Under the pieces are notes generated by a model. That model saw only the letters and a list, made by a program, of their open reading frames with translations, searched no databases and was not told where the DNA came from. The position numbers were made by a program, and so were the translations under genes. A DNA stretch of 64,000 nucleotides from Granulicella sp. (GTDB lineage: Bacteria > Acidobacteriota > Terriglobia > Terriglobales > Acidobacteriaceae): assembly GCA_027339965.1 (NCBI GenBank), contig DAHWNL010000014.1:69141-133140 (forward strand), written 5' to 3'. Positions 30,501 to 39,764 of the stretch are shown piece after piece; position 1 is the first letter of the stretch, and each line of letters opens with the position of its first letter.

Positions 30501-30748
30501 TGCTGATGACAGCTCTGGCGATGATCATCGGGATGGTCCCCATGGCCCTGGGCCTGGGCGAAGGAGGAGAAGAGAATGCTCCCTTGGGCCGGGCCGTCAT
30601 CGGAGGGCTGGTGCTGGCCACCCTGGGCACGCTGACGTTCGTGCCTGCATTCTTCTCCTTGATGCACCGTCAGGACAGCCAGCAAGGCGGCCAGACCGGG
30701 CCGCAAGACGCGCCCGCCCCGGGCCCTACGAACGCCGAGCAGGAGTAG
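27536..30748 (+). CDS. RND efflux permease (AcrB/AcrD/AcrF family)
   Basis: 1070 aa; VDIFPNIDIPVVSV, TLGGLALAVGILVDDATV, RFRPVLMTALAMIIGMVP. Confidence 0.95.
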   Translation: MWIVRLALNRPYTFVVLSLLLLIAGPLAVLHTSVDIFPNIDIPVVSVVWMYAGLSPQEMTDRIVSPFERTLPTLVNDVDHSESQVLTGVSVTKLFFRPSVKISQAVAQVTAAAQTVLRQLPPGATPPLVIQYSASSVPIVQMSLSGDGMTEQQLNDIAMNFVRTQLSTVQGASIPWPYGGKLRQIQVDIDTRKLQAYGLSASDIVNAVNAQNVILPSGDAKMGDFDWQIETNSAPRTIAALNNLPIRSMNGATIYMRDVGSVWDGFPPQTNLVRVNGQRATLLTVYKTGNSSTLDIISAIRGSLPAILAELPPALRIHLISDQSVFVRAAISGVVREALIAAALTALMILIFLGSWRSSLIIAVSIPLSVISSLLLLPALGQTINIMTLGGLALAVGILVDDATVAIENIDRNLEEGKDLERAILDGSAQIAVPAFVSTLSICIVFVPMFFLNGVARYLFVPMAEAVVFAMLASYFFSRTIVPTMAKYLLKGHEILHPQEQAASRNPFVRFQRSFEHGFERLRSWYREILVLCLARRAVFVWGAVLFWGLSLLVLTPWLGRDFFPAVDGGQFKLHVRAHSGTRIENTARICDAVESEIRREIPPAQLENIIDNIGVPYSGMNLSYSNSATVGTEDADITVSLAKDHRPTAEYVHVLRKRLNQEFPGVEFYFLPTDMVSQILNFGLPAQMDIQLVGQQVEADRDVAERLMLRFARVPGVTDLRIQQPFNLPAWRVDVDRTRAQQAGYTEAQVASNLMISLSGSFQTTPNFYLDPRSHIAYDIAVQTPQYDVKNLQELENFPVVESGSSAPPQILGNLARLEHITEPATVSHYDARPVIDIYGAVEGTDLGGVASQLDRIIAESRSELPRGTQVFLRGQVQTMRSSYSDLFEGLIFSIVLVYALIVVNFQSWLDPFIIIAALPGALAGIVWMLFLTGTRLSVPALTGAIMCIGIATANSILVVSFAKDQMHAGVSAAEAALNAGFTRFRPVLMTALAMIIGMVPMALGLGEGGEENAPLGRAVIGGLVLATLGTLTFVPAFFSLMHRQDSQQGGQTGPQDAPAPGPTNAEQE

Positions 30749-30754
30749 CAAACC

Positions 30755-32029
30755 ATGAGCCAAGAGATCGGGACGACCAAGCGGACAACGAGCGGCGGAG
30801 ATCCGCAGGCCACGGGCTCCCACGCGGAGCCGACGGCGGCGTCGATTCCACGGCGGCGAAGCCTCACGCCATGGCTTCTGCTCGTGCTGCTGGTGCTGAT
30901 CGTTGCCGTCATCTACGGCATATTCCGTCGCAAGCAGGCGGCGAGCAGCCTGGCCGGCTACACCCAGGCGAATGCGGCCCCGGCCGTCTCTGTTGCGGTT
31001 CCCGCGGTCGAGACCAGCGCCCAGGAGATTGTTCTTCCCGGCAATGTGCAGGCCTATACCATGGCTCCCATCTATGCGCGGACCACCGGATACGTGAAGG
31101 CCTGGTACTACGACATCGGTGCGCACGTGCGCCGCGGAGATCTGCTGGCGGTGATTGAGACTCCGGAACTGGACCAGCAACTGGCTCAGGCCAAGGCGGA
31201 GCTGGCCACGGCGACGACCAACGACCGACTGGCCAAGGTGACGGCGCAGCGCTACCAGACGTTGATCGGCAGCCACGCGGTGACGCAGCAGAACACCGAT
31301 ACGGCCGTGGACCAACTGCGAGCCGATGACACGATGGTGAACTCTGCCGAGGCCAACATGCGCCGGCTGCAGGCGTTGCAGGACTTTGAGCGGGTGGTTG
31401 CTCCATTTGACGGTGTGATTACGACGCGCAACATCGATACGGGACAGTTGATCACCACCACCGGAAGCACGGTGACGGCAGGCGCCGGAACCATACCCAG
31501 CAACCGCGAGATCTTTGATATCTCCAGGGTGGATGTCCTGCGAGTCTTCGTCAATGTGCCCCAGGAGTATGCGCCGCTGGCGCGCCGGGGCGCAGCGGCG
31601 GTGCTGACCTTGCCCCAATATCCCGGCCGAAGCTTTCGCGGCACGCTGGTGCGGACCTCGGACGCCATTGATCCGGTGATGCGCACACTGCTGGCGGAGG
31701 TGGATGTGCGCAATGCGGACGGAGAGTTGCAGCCCGGCAGCTACGCCGAGGTTCACCTGCACGTCACCGATCCGGTTCCGGTGCGGATTGTGCCGGAGAG
31801 CGCCTTGATCCTGCTTCCCGATGGAGAGTATGTGGGAACGGTGGACCAGAGCGGACGGGTGCGGCTGGTTCGGATCACCGTGGGGCGGGAGATGGGGACC
31901 ACGGCCGAGGTGCTCACCGGCCTGACGGATGGTGAGGCGGTCATCAGCAATCCTCCCGACTCGCTTACCAATGGCGAAAGGGTCCGTGTTGTGGCCTCTG
32001 CGAACAACAGCATGGGTGAGGCCCGATGA
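30755..32029 (+). CDS. RND membrane fusion (periplasmic adaptor) protein
   Basis: N-terminal TM; lipoyl-like IYARTTGYV...GDLLAVIE and APFDGVIT; coiled-coil hairpin. Confidence 0.93.
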   Translation: MSQEIGTTKRTTSGGDPQATGSHAEPTAASIPRRRSLTPWLLLVLLVLIVAVIYGIFRRKQAASSLAGYTQANAAPAVSVAVPAVETSAQEIVLPGNVQAYTMAPIYARTTGYVKAWYYDIGAHVRRGDLLAVIETPELDQQLAQAKAELATATTNDRLAKVTAQRYQTLIGSHAVTQQNTDTAVDQLRADDTMVNSAEANMRRLQALQDFERVVAPFDGVITTRNIDTGQLITTTGSTVTAGAGTIPSNREIFDISRVDVLRVFVNVPQEYAPLARRGAAAVLTLPQYPGRSFRGTLVRTSDAIDPVMRTLLAEVDVRNADGELQPGSYAEVHLHVTDPVPVRIVPESALILLPDGEYVGTVDQSGRVRLVRITVGREMGTTAEVLTGLTDGEAVISNPPDSLTNGERVRVVASANNSMGEAR

Positions 32030-33465
32030 GAGCGAATCGGAGCTTCGCAGGGGCTGCGCTGGCGCTTCTCTTGTGCGGCGTGGGGTGCTCTGTGGGGCCA
32101 AAGTATCAGCGTCCCTCCGCGCCGACGCCGCCTGCCTATAGCGACAACGGACGCAACGGAGACTGGACGCATGCTCAGCCTCAGGACGCGGCAGCCCGGA
32201 AGAACTGGTGGAGGATCTATGGGGACGGCCAACTGGATCAGCTCGAGCATCGCTGCGCCGCCTCCAACCAGAGCCTGCTGGCCGCGGCTGAAGCTTATCA
32301 GCAGGCCCATGACATGGTCCTGATCAGCAAGTCTGCCCTTTATCCATCGGTCTCCATCAGTCCCGGCCTCAGCCGAAGCCGTTTTTCCAGCACAAATCCT
32401 CTTCTGCCCCCCAACGTGCCGCTGACATTCTGGAACTTTTTGATTCCGGTGAATATCTCCTGGCAGCCGGATTTCTGGGGCAACATCCATCGCCAGATTC
32501 AGGCCAGCCAGGCCGGCGCCCAGGTCTCTGCGGCCGATATGGCCAGCCTTCAACTCAGTTTGCAGGGCCTGCTGGCCACGACGTACCTGCAACTGCGCGG
32601 CGTGGATCTGCAGGTGCAGCTGCTGCGCAAGATGGTCAGCGCCGAGGAGAACACGCTGCGTCTGACTCGCGAGCGATATCGGGTGGGCCTGGACAGCCGC
32701 AGCGACGTTGAGCTGGCGGTGGCGCAACTGCAGCAGGTGCGGGCCGAGCTTGTGGACCTGGGAGTGCAGCGCGCCCAGGAAGAACACGCGATCGCTGTCC
32801 TGGTGGGCGTGCCTGCCAGCGGATTCCATCTGGCTGAGGATCCTCTGACCGGCGAACCTCCGTCCATTCCAACCGGGATCCCCTCCGAGCTGCTGGAGCG
32901 TCGCCCGGATATCGCCGCCAGGGAGCGCAATGTGGCTTCGGTCAATGCGCTGATTGGCGTGGCGGAATCTGCTTATTATCCCAACATCATGCTGGGCGCC
33001 AGCGGCGGCGTGGAAAGCGACAAGATCACCGACCTGATGCACAAGGGCAGTACCACCTGGGATGGCGCGGTGAACGCCAACGAGGTGATCTTTGAAGGTG
33101 GCCTGCGCAAGGCGCAGGTGGCTGAGGCCCTGGCGCAGCGCGCGCAGGCCGTGGCGCTGTACAGGGAGCAGGTTCTCTCCGCCTTTCGGGATGTAGAGGA
33201 CCAACTGGGAGCGCTGCGGATCCTGGCCCAGGAGACGGAACAGCAGCAGCAAGCCGTGCAGGCGGCCACCGTGGGCACCCAGCTCGCGAACCAGCGCTTC
33301 CAGCAGGGTTTGGGTAACTATCTGGAGGTGCTTACCGATCAGACGATCGAACTTCAGGATGAGCAGGTGGCGGCAGCCCTGCTGACCCGCCGCATGCTGG
33401 CCACGGCCAAGCTCATCATCTCTCTGGGGGGCGGGTGGAACGCCCGTCAGCTTCCCGCCGGTTGA
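32026..33465 (+). CDS. RND outer-membrane factor lipoprotein (NodT/OprM family)
   Basis: Lipobox LCGVGC followed by SVGPKY, WWRIYGD, PSELLERRPDIAA, LGGGW; overlaps the MFP stop. Confidence 0.93.
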   Translation: MRANRSFAGAALALLLCGVGCSVGPKYQRPSAPTPPAYSDNGRNGDWTHAQPQDAAARKNWWRIYGDGQLDQLEHRCAASNQSLLAAAEAYQQAHDMVLISKSALYPSVSISPGLSRSRFSSTNPLLPPNVPLTFWNFLIPVNISWQPDFWGNIHRQIQASQAGAQVSAADMASLQLSLQGLLATTYLQLRGVDLQVQLLRKMVSAEENTLRLTRERYRVGLDSRSDVELAVAQLQQVRAELVDLGVQRAQEEHAIAVLVGVPASGFHLAEDPLTGEPPSIPTGIPSELLERRPDIAARERNVASVNALIGVAESAYYPNIMLGASGGVESDKITDLMHKGSTTWDGAVNANEVIFEGGLRKAQVAEALAQRAQAVALYREQVLSAFRDVEDQLGALRILAQETEQQQQAVQAATVGTQLANQRFQQGLGNYLEVLTDQTIELQDEQVAAALLTRRMLATAKLIISLGGGWNARQLPAG

Positions 33466-33474
33466 GCCATCCCT

Positions 33475-34137
33475 TCAACGCGAGCTTACGGTTGCTTCGG
33501 TCCGCAGCGGCTGGGGGTTCAGAATATGCTTGCGCAGCAGCCTTCCCGCGGTTGCGCCGTTGCCCCTGGCCAGCGCCTCCAGAATCCGCCAGTGGTCCTG
33601 TTGCGCGGCCACCAGATCGATCTGGTCCCGGAGCAGGCGGATCTGCACATGAACTTCCAGGGCCAGCGAGTCCCAGGTTCTCAGCAGGATGCGATTCTCG
33701 CTGGCGGCGACGATCAGGCGGTGGAAGCGGATATCGTGGCGGGTGTAGAGGCGGATATCGTTGCGCTTGGCGGCACCCAAGGAAGCGGTTGCCGCCTTCT
33801 CAAAGGGCTCCAGGTCCCCCCGCAGCCGCGTGGCAGCCTGCCGGGCCGCCAACTCCTCCAGGGAAGCGCGGACCTGATAGGCTTCGCGCACGTCCTTTAC
33901 GGTGACCTGGCGCACCCGCGTGCCGCGGTAGGGAGCGGTGGTCACCAGTTCCATCCCCTCCAGCTCGCAGAGCGCCTCCCGCACCGGCCCCTGACTGGTG
34001 CGAAACTGGTCGGCGAGCTTGAGCTCGATCAGGCGAGATCCGGGGGCGAGTTCTCCGTTGAGGATCTGCCGCAGCAGCTCCCGCTTGATGCGCAGAGCCG
34101 TCGAGTCGCGCTGGAATCGGGGAGCGGCCAGGGACAT
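33475..34137 (-). CDS. GntR family transcriptional regulator (FCD domain)
   Basis: GELAPGSRLIELKLADQFRTSQGPVREAL wHTH; FCD motifs DIRFHRLI and DHWRILEAL. Confidence 0.92.
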   Translation of the reverse strand: MSLAAPRFQRDSTALRIKRELLRQILNGELAPGSRLIELKLADQFRTSQGPVREALCELEGMELVTTAPYRGTRVRQVTVKDVREAYQVRASLEELAARQAATRLRGDLEPFEKAATASLGAAKRNDIRLYTRHDIRFHRLIVAASENRILLRTWDSLALEVHVQIRLLRDQIDLVAAQQDHWRILEALARGNGATAGRLLRKHILNPQPLRTEATVSSR

Positions 34138-34143
34138 CGGCCT

Positions 34144-34188
34144 ATTATAGGGGCCGTTTTCGGGAAACTATCAATTATTTATTGGTAG
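34144..34188 (-). promoter_or_regulatory. Leaderless -10 (TATAAT) of the gntR gene and an adjacent operator-like inverted repeat
   Basis: TATAAT (34149-34144) lies 6 nt before ATG 34137; inverted repeat CTATCAAT-N5-ATTGGTAG at 34168-34188. Confidence 0.6.
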
Positions 34189-34420
34189 CCTGCCGTTGAA
34201 CCTCCCCAATTCGCGCCGTGGAACGTCCCCGGACGGAGATGGACAGCGGGAGACGGTTGAGGCCAGAGCTCTTCCACTCCGGTGTATCCCCACTTCCCCA
34301 TCCTCCCGGGTGTTCTCCCCCATCACTGGAGTGACCGGCGTACCGGCTGGGGGCGGAAGGAATGCGTCGCCGCAAGCCCGGTTCGCGGGACCCATCCACA
34401 CGGGAACGGCTATAATCTGC

Positions 34421-34517
34421 GCCAAGGCCGAAAGCCAAGGTCCAGGCCAAGGCTTAGGCCAAGACCTAGGCCAAGGCCCAGGCTAAGACAGAAGCCAAGA
34501 CAGAAGGTCAGGGCCGA
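34421..34517. repeat. Degenerate 12-bp tandem repeat (~7-8 units)
   Basis: GCCAAGGCTTAG, GCCAAGACCTAG, GCCAAGGCCCAG, GCTAAGACAGAA, GCCAAGACAGAA and similar units. Confidence 0.75.
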
Positions 34518-34710
34518 AGCCGGCCGAACCGCGCAGCGGGTCTGTTCGGAAAGTTTCGAGGGTCGCGCTACCGGCTGCGGGCGCGGGCGCGCCAGCGGCT
34601 ACTGGCACGGATGGGCCAGGCAGGATAGGAAGCCGGCACAAAGCCGTGGCGGCTATGCCCGGAACGGTCCTCGGAGGGCCGGCGCCGAGAGAACGCCAGG
34701 GAGGACAGGA

Positions 34711-36792
34711 ATGGCCGACGGCGAGGGCTCCAAGGGCCTGGAGTTGGACCGCAGAGAGTTTCTGCGCTTGACGCTGATGAGTTCGGCGATGATGGCGGTG
34801 GCCGAGCTGGACAGCAACGCCGCCGCGCAGACGGCGCCGGCGGGCTCGGCTTATGGCGCGCTTTCGCCTCTGGCTCCGGGCGCGATCCGGCCAGAGGGAT
34901 GGTTGCGCCTCTATCTGGAGCGGCAGGCCGAGCAGTTGGGCTCGCAGCTTCCGGAGGTCTCCTGGCCCTTTACCGAACCGTATTGGGCCGGAGAGGAGCA
35001 AGCCGAGTCCTGGTGGCCGTGGGAGCAAAAGGCCTACTGGTTTGACGGCGCCACGCGCCTGGCGCTGGTGCTGGGCGACCGGAAGCTGCTGGACAAGACC
35101 CAGCTCTATCTGCGCTACACGTTGGACCATGCCGCTCCAGATGGCTACCTGGGCCCGAAGTTCTTTGAGGATCCTGTGGGCAACTACCATCGCTGGCCCC
35201 AGAACGTCTTCTTCCGAGGTCTGTCGGCGAACGCCGACGCAAGGGACAGCGAGTCATCCGGCCCGAATGAGGATGCTGTGCAGGCGTTGCGCAAGCACTA
35301 CCTGAATGACAAGGCGGATTATGGCAAGCCGATACGCAATGTCACCAACCTGGAGGACATTCTCTGGTGCTATCAGCACACTGGCGACGCGCGGCTGCTG
35401 GAGATGGCCGAGAAGGCGTGGAGCGAGTACCTGACCGTGACCGGCCCGGGTCCGGCCGATCTGGGTGACCTCTCGCCGCTGCGGGTCTACGCCGCCACGC
35501 CGATCAACGCGCATGGCGTCACCTACGCCGAGATCGCCAAGCAGCCCGCGATTCTCTATCTCCATACCGGCAAGCCGGAGTATCTGAACTTCGCTTTGGC
35601 CGCGCAGCGGCGGATCTTTGACCACCACATGCTCATCGATGGAATTCCCTCCACCACGGAGTGGTTTCGCACCCGCACCTCGTTGGACTCCCACGAGACC
35701 TGCGACATTGCGGACCATACCTGGTCCTGGGGCTACCTGCTGATGGCCACCGGGGACGGCCGCTGGGCGGACGCCGTGGAGCGGGGCTGCATGAACGCCG
35801 GCTTTGGCGCCATTAAGAAGGACTGGAAGGCGCTCCAGTACTTCTCTTGCCCCAACCAGTTTCTGGCCACCGTGAACTCGGACCATAACGTGATGGAGCA
35901 CGGCGGATTCATGATGGCCTACCAGCCGAATCCAGGCAGACACACCGCCTGTTGCGGGGGCAATGTTCACCGGCTGTTCCCGAACTTTGTCATGCGCATG
36001 TGGATGAGGGACAGTCACGGCGGGCTGGCGGCCACCTTGTACGGTCCCTCCCGGGTGAAGGCCACGGTGGGGGCTGAAGCGCGCGAGATTGAGATTCTGC
36101 AGCGGACGGATTATCCGTTTGGGGAAGAGATTCATCTCACTCTGAATCCGTCCGCCCCGGTGGAGTTCCCGCTCTCGTTGCGCATTCCGGGCTGGTGCTC
36201 GTCGCCGCACCTGGCGGTGAACGGCAAGCCGGTGAGCTTGCCGCGGATCCAGAACGGCTTTGCGACCCTGCGGCGGCGCTTCTCGGCCGGCGATACCGTG
36301 ACCCTGACCCTGCCCATGGCCGTGGCCGTTTCGCGCTGGCCGCAGAACGGCATCGGCGTGGAGCATGGGCCGCTGGTGTACTCCCTGCCGATCAAGGAAG
36401 CCTGGACGCCGGTAGGCGTGCCCAGGTACACCACGGAGGCGTTTCCGGCTTGGAATGCGCTGCCGGTCGGCGCCTGGAACTACGGGCTGGCGCTTCCGCA
36501 GGACCAGCCGCAGGAGCGGGTGCAGGTGCTCCGCAAAGCCATGACGGAGGATCCCTGGGTCGATCCGCCGGTGACGCTGCGCGTTCCGGCCAGGAGCATC
36601 GCCGGCTGGAAGTTGCAGGCCAATCCGGAGGATCCGCAGCAGCTCTTTACGCCGCCGCTGCCGGAGAGCGCCGCGGAGACCCTGGGCGCGGAGGGAGAGC
36701 CGGCCTTCGGCCCGGTGGAGGAGTTGACGCTGGCGCCCTATGGATCCACCCATCTGCGGCTCACGATCTTTCCCAAGGCAGACAGCGCTTAG
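34711..36792 (+). CDS. Tat-exported glycoside hydrolase, GH127/beta-L-arabinofuranosidase-like
   Basis: Twin-Arg signal DRREFL; IRPEGWL, HETC, ACCGGN, TDYPF, LRIPGW, GPLVY, LAPYG; GGAGG RBS. Confidence 0.88.
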   Translation: MADGEGSKGLELDRREFLRLTLMSSAMMAVAELDSNAAAQTAPAGSAYGALSPLAPGAIRPEGWLRLYLERQAEQLGSQLPEVSWPFTEPYWAGEEQAESWWPWEQKAYWFDGATRLALVLGDRKLLDKTQLYLRYTLDHAAPDGYLGPKFFEDPVGNYHRWPQNVFFRGLSANADARDSESSGPNEDAVQALRKHYLNDKADYGKPIRNVTNLEDILWCYQHTGDARLLEMAEKAWSEYLTVTGPGPADLGDLSPLRVYAATPINAHGVTYAEIAKQPAILYLHTGKPEYLNFALAAQRRIFDHHMLIDGIPSTTEWFRTRTSLDSHETCDIADHTWSWGYLLMATGDGRWADAVERGCMNAGFGAIKKDWKALQYFSCPNQFLATVNSDHNVMEHGGFMMAYQPNPGRHTACCGGNVHRLFPNFVMRMWMRDSHGGLAATLYGPSRVKATVGAEAREIEILQRTDYPFGEEIHLTLNPSAPVEFPLSLRIPGWCSSPHLAVNGKPVSLPRIQNGFATLRRRFSAGDTVTLTLPMAVAVSRWPQNGIGVEHGPLVYSLPIKEAWTPVGVPRYTTEAFPAWNALPVGAWNYGLALPQDQPQERVQVLRKAMTEDPWVDPPVTLRVPARSIAGWKLQANPEDPQQLFTPPLPESAAETLGAEGEPAFGPVEELTLAPYGSTHLRLTIFPKADSA

Positions 36793-36894
36793 AGACGTGC
36801 TCGCCTCCTGTCCCGCAGAGGTCCCGCAGAGGTCTGACAGGGAGCGGCGCGTCGCCACGGGAGTTGGCCAGCAGGTAGAGGCGTGCTGCCGGCG

Positions 36895-38643
36895 CTATGC
36901 CGGGGGCGGCTCCAGCCCGCGATAGGCGTCAACCGCATCATGGAGACGGGCGAACAGCCGCGCGGAGGGAATGCTCTCAGCCAAATGATGCCGCTGAAAG
37001 TCGGCGAGTGCATCCGGGGCCATTCTGGCGAAGCCAAGCGCCACCCCGTTCTTGCTGAGCTCCTGGTTGATCCGGGCGATCACGCGCGCCGCCGAGTAGT
37101 CGATCTGGGTAATCGCTTCGGCATCCACGATGATCCATCGCACCGCGGAGGAATGCTGGGATGCAGCGCCGGAGAGGCAGAGGAGCTCTTCGGCAAAGCG
37201 GTTGGCGTTGGCGTAAAACAGAGCCGAGCCAAAGCGATACAGCACCAGTCCCGGCTCGGTGACCTCTCCGGGAAAGACCGGCCCGACCCTCCAGGTATGG
37301 CCGTTTTCCAGATGGATGACCCCGGTATGCGGGTGATAGCTGTGACGCACGATTCGGAGCAGCGACAGGACCATCGCCAGCAAGATGCCTGCTTCCACTC
37401 CGATGCCGACCACGGCGCCGGCCGTGATCACTGCAACGACGAACTCTCCAGGGCTCTCCCGGCGCAACTCCCGCAGGCCACGCAGATCGATCAGATGGAA
37501 GGCTACCAGGAGAACCAGCACGCCAAGGACGTTCCGGGGAAGGTACTGGAGCGCAGGGGTGAGAGACAGCAGAACGCCGGCGACCAGAAGGGCCGTGGCG
37601 AGCTGCGACTTCTGGCTGGTGCCGCCCGCCGTCTCCACCATGGCGGTCTGGGTGGGGCTGCCGTTCACCACAAAGGTTCCGCTCAGCGCCGCGGCCAGAT
37701 TGGCCACGGAGAGACCAACCAGGTCACGGTTTTCATCGAGCCTTTGCTCATGGCGCAGGGCGTAGGCCCGCGCGGTGGCCGCACTCTGAGTCACGATCAT
37801 GATGGCGCAGGAGCCGGCGATGGGCAGCAGCGTTGCGACCTGGCGCCAAGGCAGCCAGTGCAGGTGCGGGTGCGGCAGGCCGCCGGCGACCGCTCCAACG
37901 GTGGGAACTCCATGCGCGGAGAGGCGCCACGCCGCGCTGGCGGCGGTTGCGCCGGCTACGGCGATCAGGGATGCCGGCAGCCTGGGCGAGAGAGCCTTCA
38001 GCCCCAGCACCAGCCCCAGCACCGCGGCGGAGACCAGCAGCACCGGAAGATGGACCTTGGAGAGCTGATGCAGGACTTCGAGCAACTGCGCCAAGGTGCG
38101 GTTCGAGTGGACCGGCAGCCCCAAGGTCTCGCCCAGCACCGCGATGCCGACCTGGAAGCCGACTCCGGTGAGGAAGCCGAGCAGCACGGTTTGAGAGAGG
38201 AAGTCGGCGATGAAGCCAAGCCGCAGCAGACGGCCGGCCAGAAGGAAGGCTGCGGTCAGGAAGGCGACATAGCCGGCCAGACTGACCCACTCCGGGCTGG
38301 CCACGGGAGCCATGCCGGAGAGCCCGCTGAACAGAATGGCCGCTGTCGCCGAGTCCGCGGCCACAACCAAATAACGCGAGGATCCGAGGGTTGCAAAGGC
38401 CGCCAGGGGCGCCAGCAGCGTGTAGAGACCGGTGACGACGGGCATGCCCGCAATCCTGGTGTAACCCAGCACCTGGGGGATGTTCATCGCTGCCAGGGCC
38501 AGGCCGGCGCGTGCGTCGCGCAGCGTCTCCCGCCAGCGAAATGGCCGCAGACTCTCGAACATCGTTCTTTGTATGGAACGGGCAGCTCTGCCGGAAGACG
38601 CCGCGCTATGCCCGCCCCATGCCCGTTCCGGGAGCATCATCAT
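36895..38643 (-). CDS. SulP family anion transporter with STAS domain
   Basis: IPQVLGY, AGMPVVTGLY, VNGSPTQT, LFYANA, IDYSAA motifs; start position approximate. Confidence 0.92.
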   Translation of the reverse strand: MMMLPERAWGGHSAASSGRAARSIQRTMFESLRPFRWRETLRDARAGLALAAMNIPQVLGYTRIAGMPVVTGLYTLLAPLAAFATLGSSRYLVVAADSATAAILFSGLSGMAPVASPEWVSLAGYVAFLTAAFLLAGRLLRLGFIADFLSQTVLLGFLTGVGFQVGIAVLGETLGLPVHSNRTLAQLLEVLHQLSKVHLPVLLVSAAVLGLVLGLKALSPRLPASLIAVAGATAASAAWRLSAHGVPTVGAVAGGLPHPHLHWLPWRQVATLLPIAGSCAIMIVTQSAATARAYALRHEQRLDENRDLVGLSVANLAAALSGTFVVNGSPTQTAMVETAGGTSQKSQLATALLVAGVLLSLTPALQYLPRNVLGVLVLLVAFHLIDLRGLRELRRESPGEFVVAVITAGAVVGIGVEAGILLAMVLSLLRIVRHSYHPHTGVIHLENGHTWRVGPVFPGEVTEPGLVLYRFGSALFYANANRFAEELLCLSGAASQHSSAVRWIIVDAEAITQIDYSAARVIARINQELSKNGVALGFARMAPDALADFQRHHLAESIPSARLFARLHDAVDAYRGLEPPPA

Positions 38644-38751
38644 CCAGCCAAGCTGCTCCAGTGTAGCGCAGCCCGGAAGCCTGAACCTGGCGAGGACAGG
38701 CGCGGGCTGGCCGACGTGACCGGAGCGGGATCGCCGGGGGCGGAGTTGCGT

Positions 38752-38780
38752 TTGCACTTTCCGGGAGAATTCGGCATACT
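38752..38780 (+). promoter_or_regulatory. Sigma70-type promoter for rplA
   Basis: TTGCAC-N17-CATACT, 84 nt upstream of the rplA ATG. Confidence 0.65.
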
Positions 38781-38864
38781 TAGAGGGTTGTCTGCACTCC
38801 CGTGCAGACCGGTCGAACCACGCCCTTGCGGAAGAGCGCATGCCGGGGTGGAAGACGAGGAAAT

Positions 38865-39578
38865 ATGGCAAAGAAGACATCCAAGAATATTGCGAAAGCG
38901 CGCGCGCTCGTGGAGCCGCGTCCGTATGCCATCGGCGAGGCGATTCCCCTGCTGCAGAAGGCCAAGTACGCCAAGTTCGACGAGACCGTCGATCTGACCA
39001 TGCGGCTGGGTGTGGACACGCGGCACGCCGATCAGATGGTGCGCGGCACCGTGGTGCTGCCCCACGGCCTGGGCGGCAAGACCAAGGTGGTGGCGGTGAT
39101 CGCCTCCGGTGACAAGGTGAAAGAGGCCGAAGCGGCGGGTGCAGAGTTCGTGGGCGGTGAGGAGATGGTGGAGAAGATCCAGAAAGAGAACTGGACCGGC
39201 TTCGATGCCCTCATCGCAACCCCGGATATGATGCGCTCCGTAGGGCGTCTGGGCAAGGTGTTGGGGCCGCGCGGCCTGATGCCCAATCCCAAGACGGGCA
39301 CGGTGACCACCGACGTGGCTGGCGCCATCCGGGAGATCAAGGCCGGCAAAGTCGAATTCCGTGCGGATAAGACCGCGCTGGTGCATGTGCCGGTTGGCAA
39401 GCTCTCCTTCAGCCCGGACAAGCTGGAGGCCAATGCGCTGATGGTGATCTCCTCCGTGGTGAAGGCCAAGCCCTCCGCCGCCAAGGGCAAGTACATCAAG
39501 CGGATCGTGCTCAGCTCGACCATGGGTCCGGGTATCGAGCTGGAGCCGGCCGTCGCAGAGGTTGCGGCCAAGGCGTAA
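38865..39578 (+). CDS. rplA: 50S ribosomal protein L1
   Basis: [38 protein letters not shown]. Confidence 0.98.
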   Translation: MAKKTSKNIAKARALVEPRPYAIGEAIPLLQKAKYAKFDETVDLTMRLGVDTRHADQMVRGTVVLPHGLGGKTKVVAVIASGDKVKEAEAAGAEFVGGEEMVEKIQKENWTGFDALIATPDMMRSVGRLGKVLGPRGLMPNPKTGTVTTDVAGAIREIKAGKVEFRADKTALVHVPVGKLSFSPDKLEANALMVISSVVKAKPSAAKGKYIKRIVLSSTMGPGIELEPAVAEVAAKA

Positions 39579-39764
39579 GGGTGCGGATTTAAGGCTCGGG
39601 GATGGCTCCCGCGCCTGGTGGCAAAGCTGGGTTGGAGCCGGCGGAAGCGCATCAGGCAGAGCTGGGACCTCCGGCCCGATCGAAAGGCCGGAAGATCGAA
39701 GAATCGAAGCATTTGGATGATGGGGCTGGCGATACGCCGCCGGCCGGTAAAGGTCAGGTTCACA

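Noticed and set aside
29417..32101. 894-aa minus-strand ORF and similar long antisense ORFs over rpoB, rpoC, glgC, trpE and valS
   Set aside because: Antisense shadows of well-supported genes
34282..34710. N-terminal extension of the GH127 ORF with (RP)n repeats
   Set aside because: The true start at 34711 has an RBS and a Tat signal; the upstream part is read-through of the 12-bp repeat tract
39579..39764. Canonical L10 leader RNA between rplA and rplJ
   Set aside because: Hairpins are present, but I could not recognise the conserved L10-leader motif; a covariance search is needed
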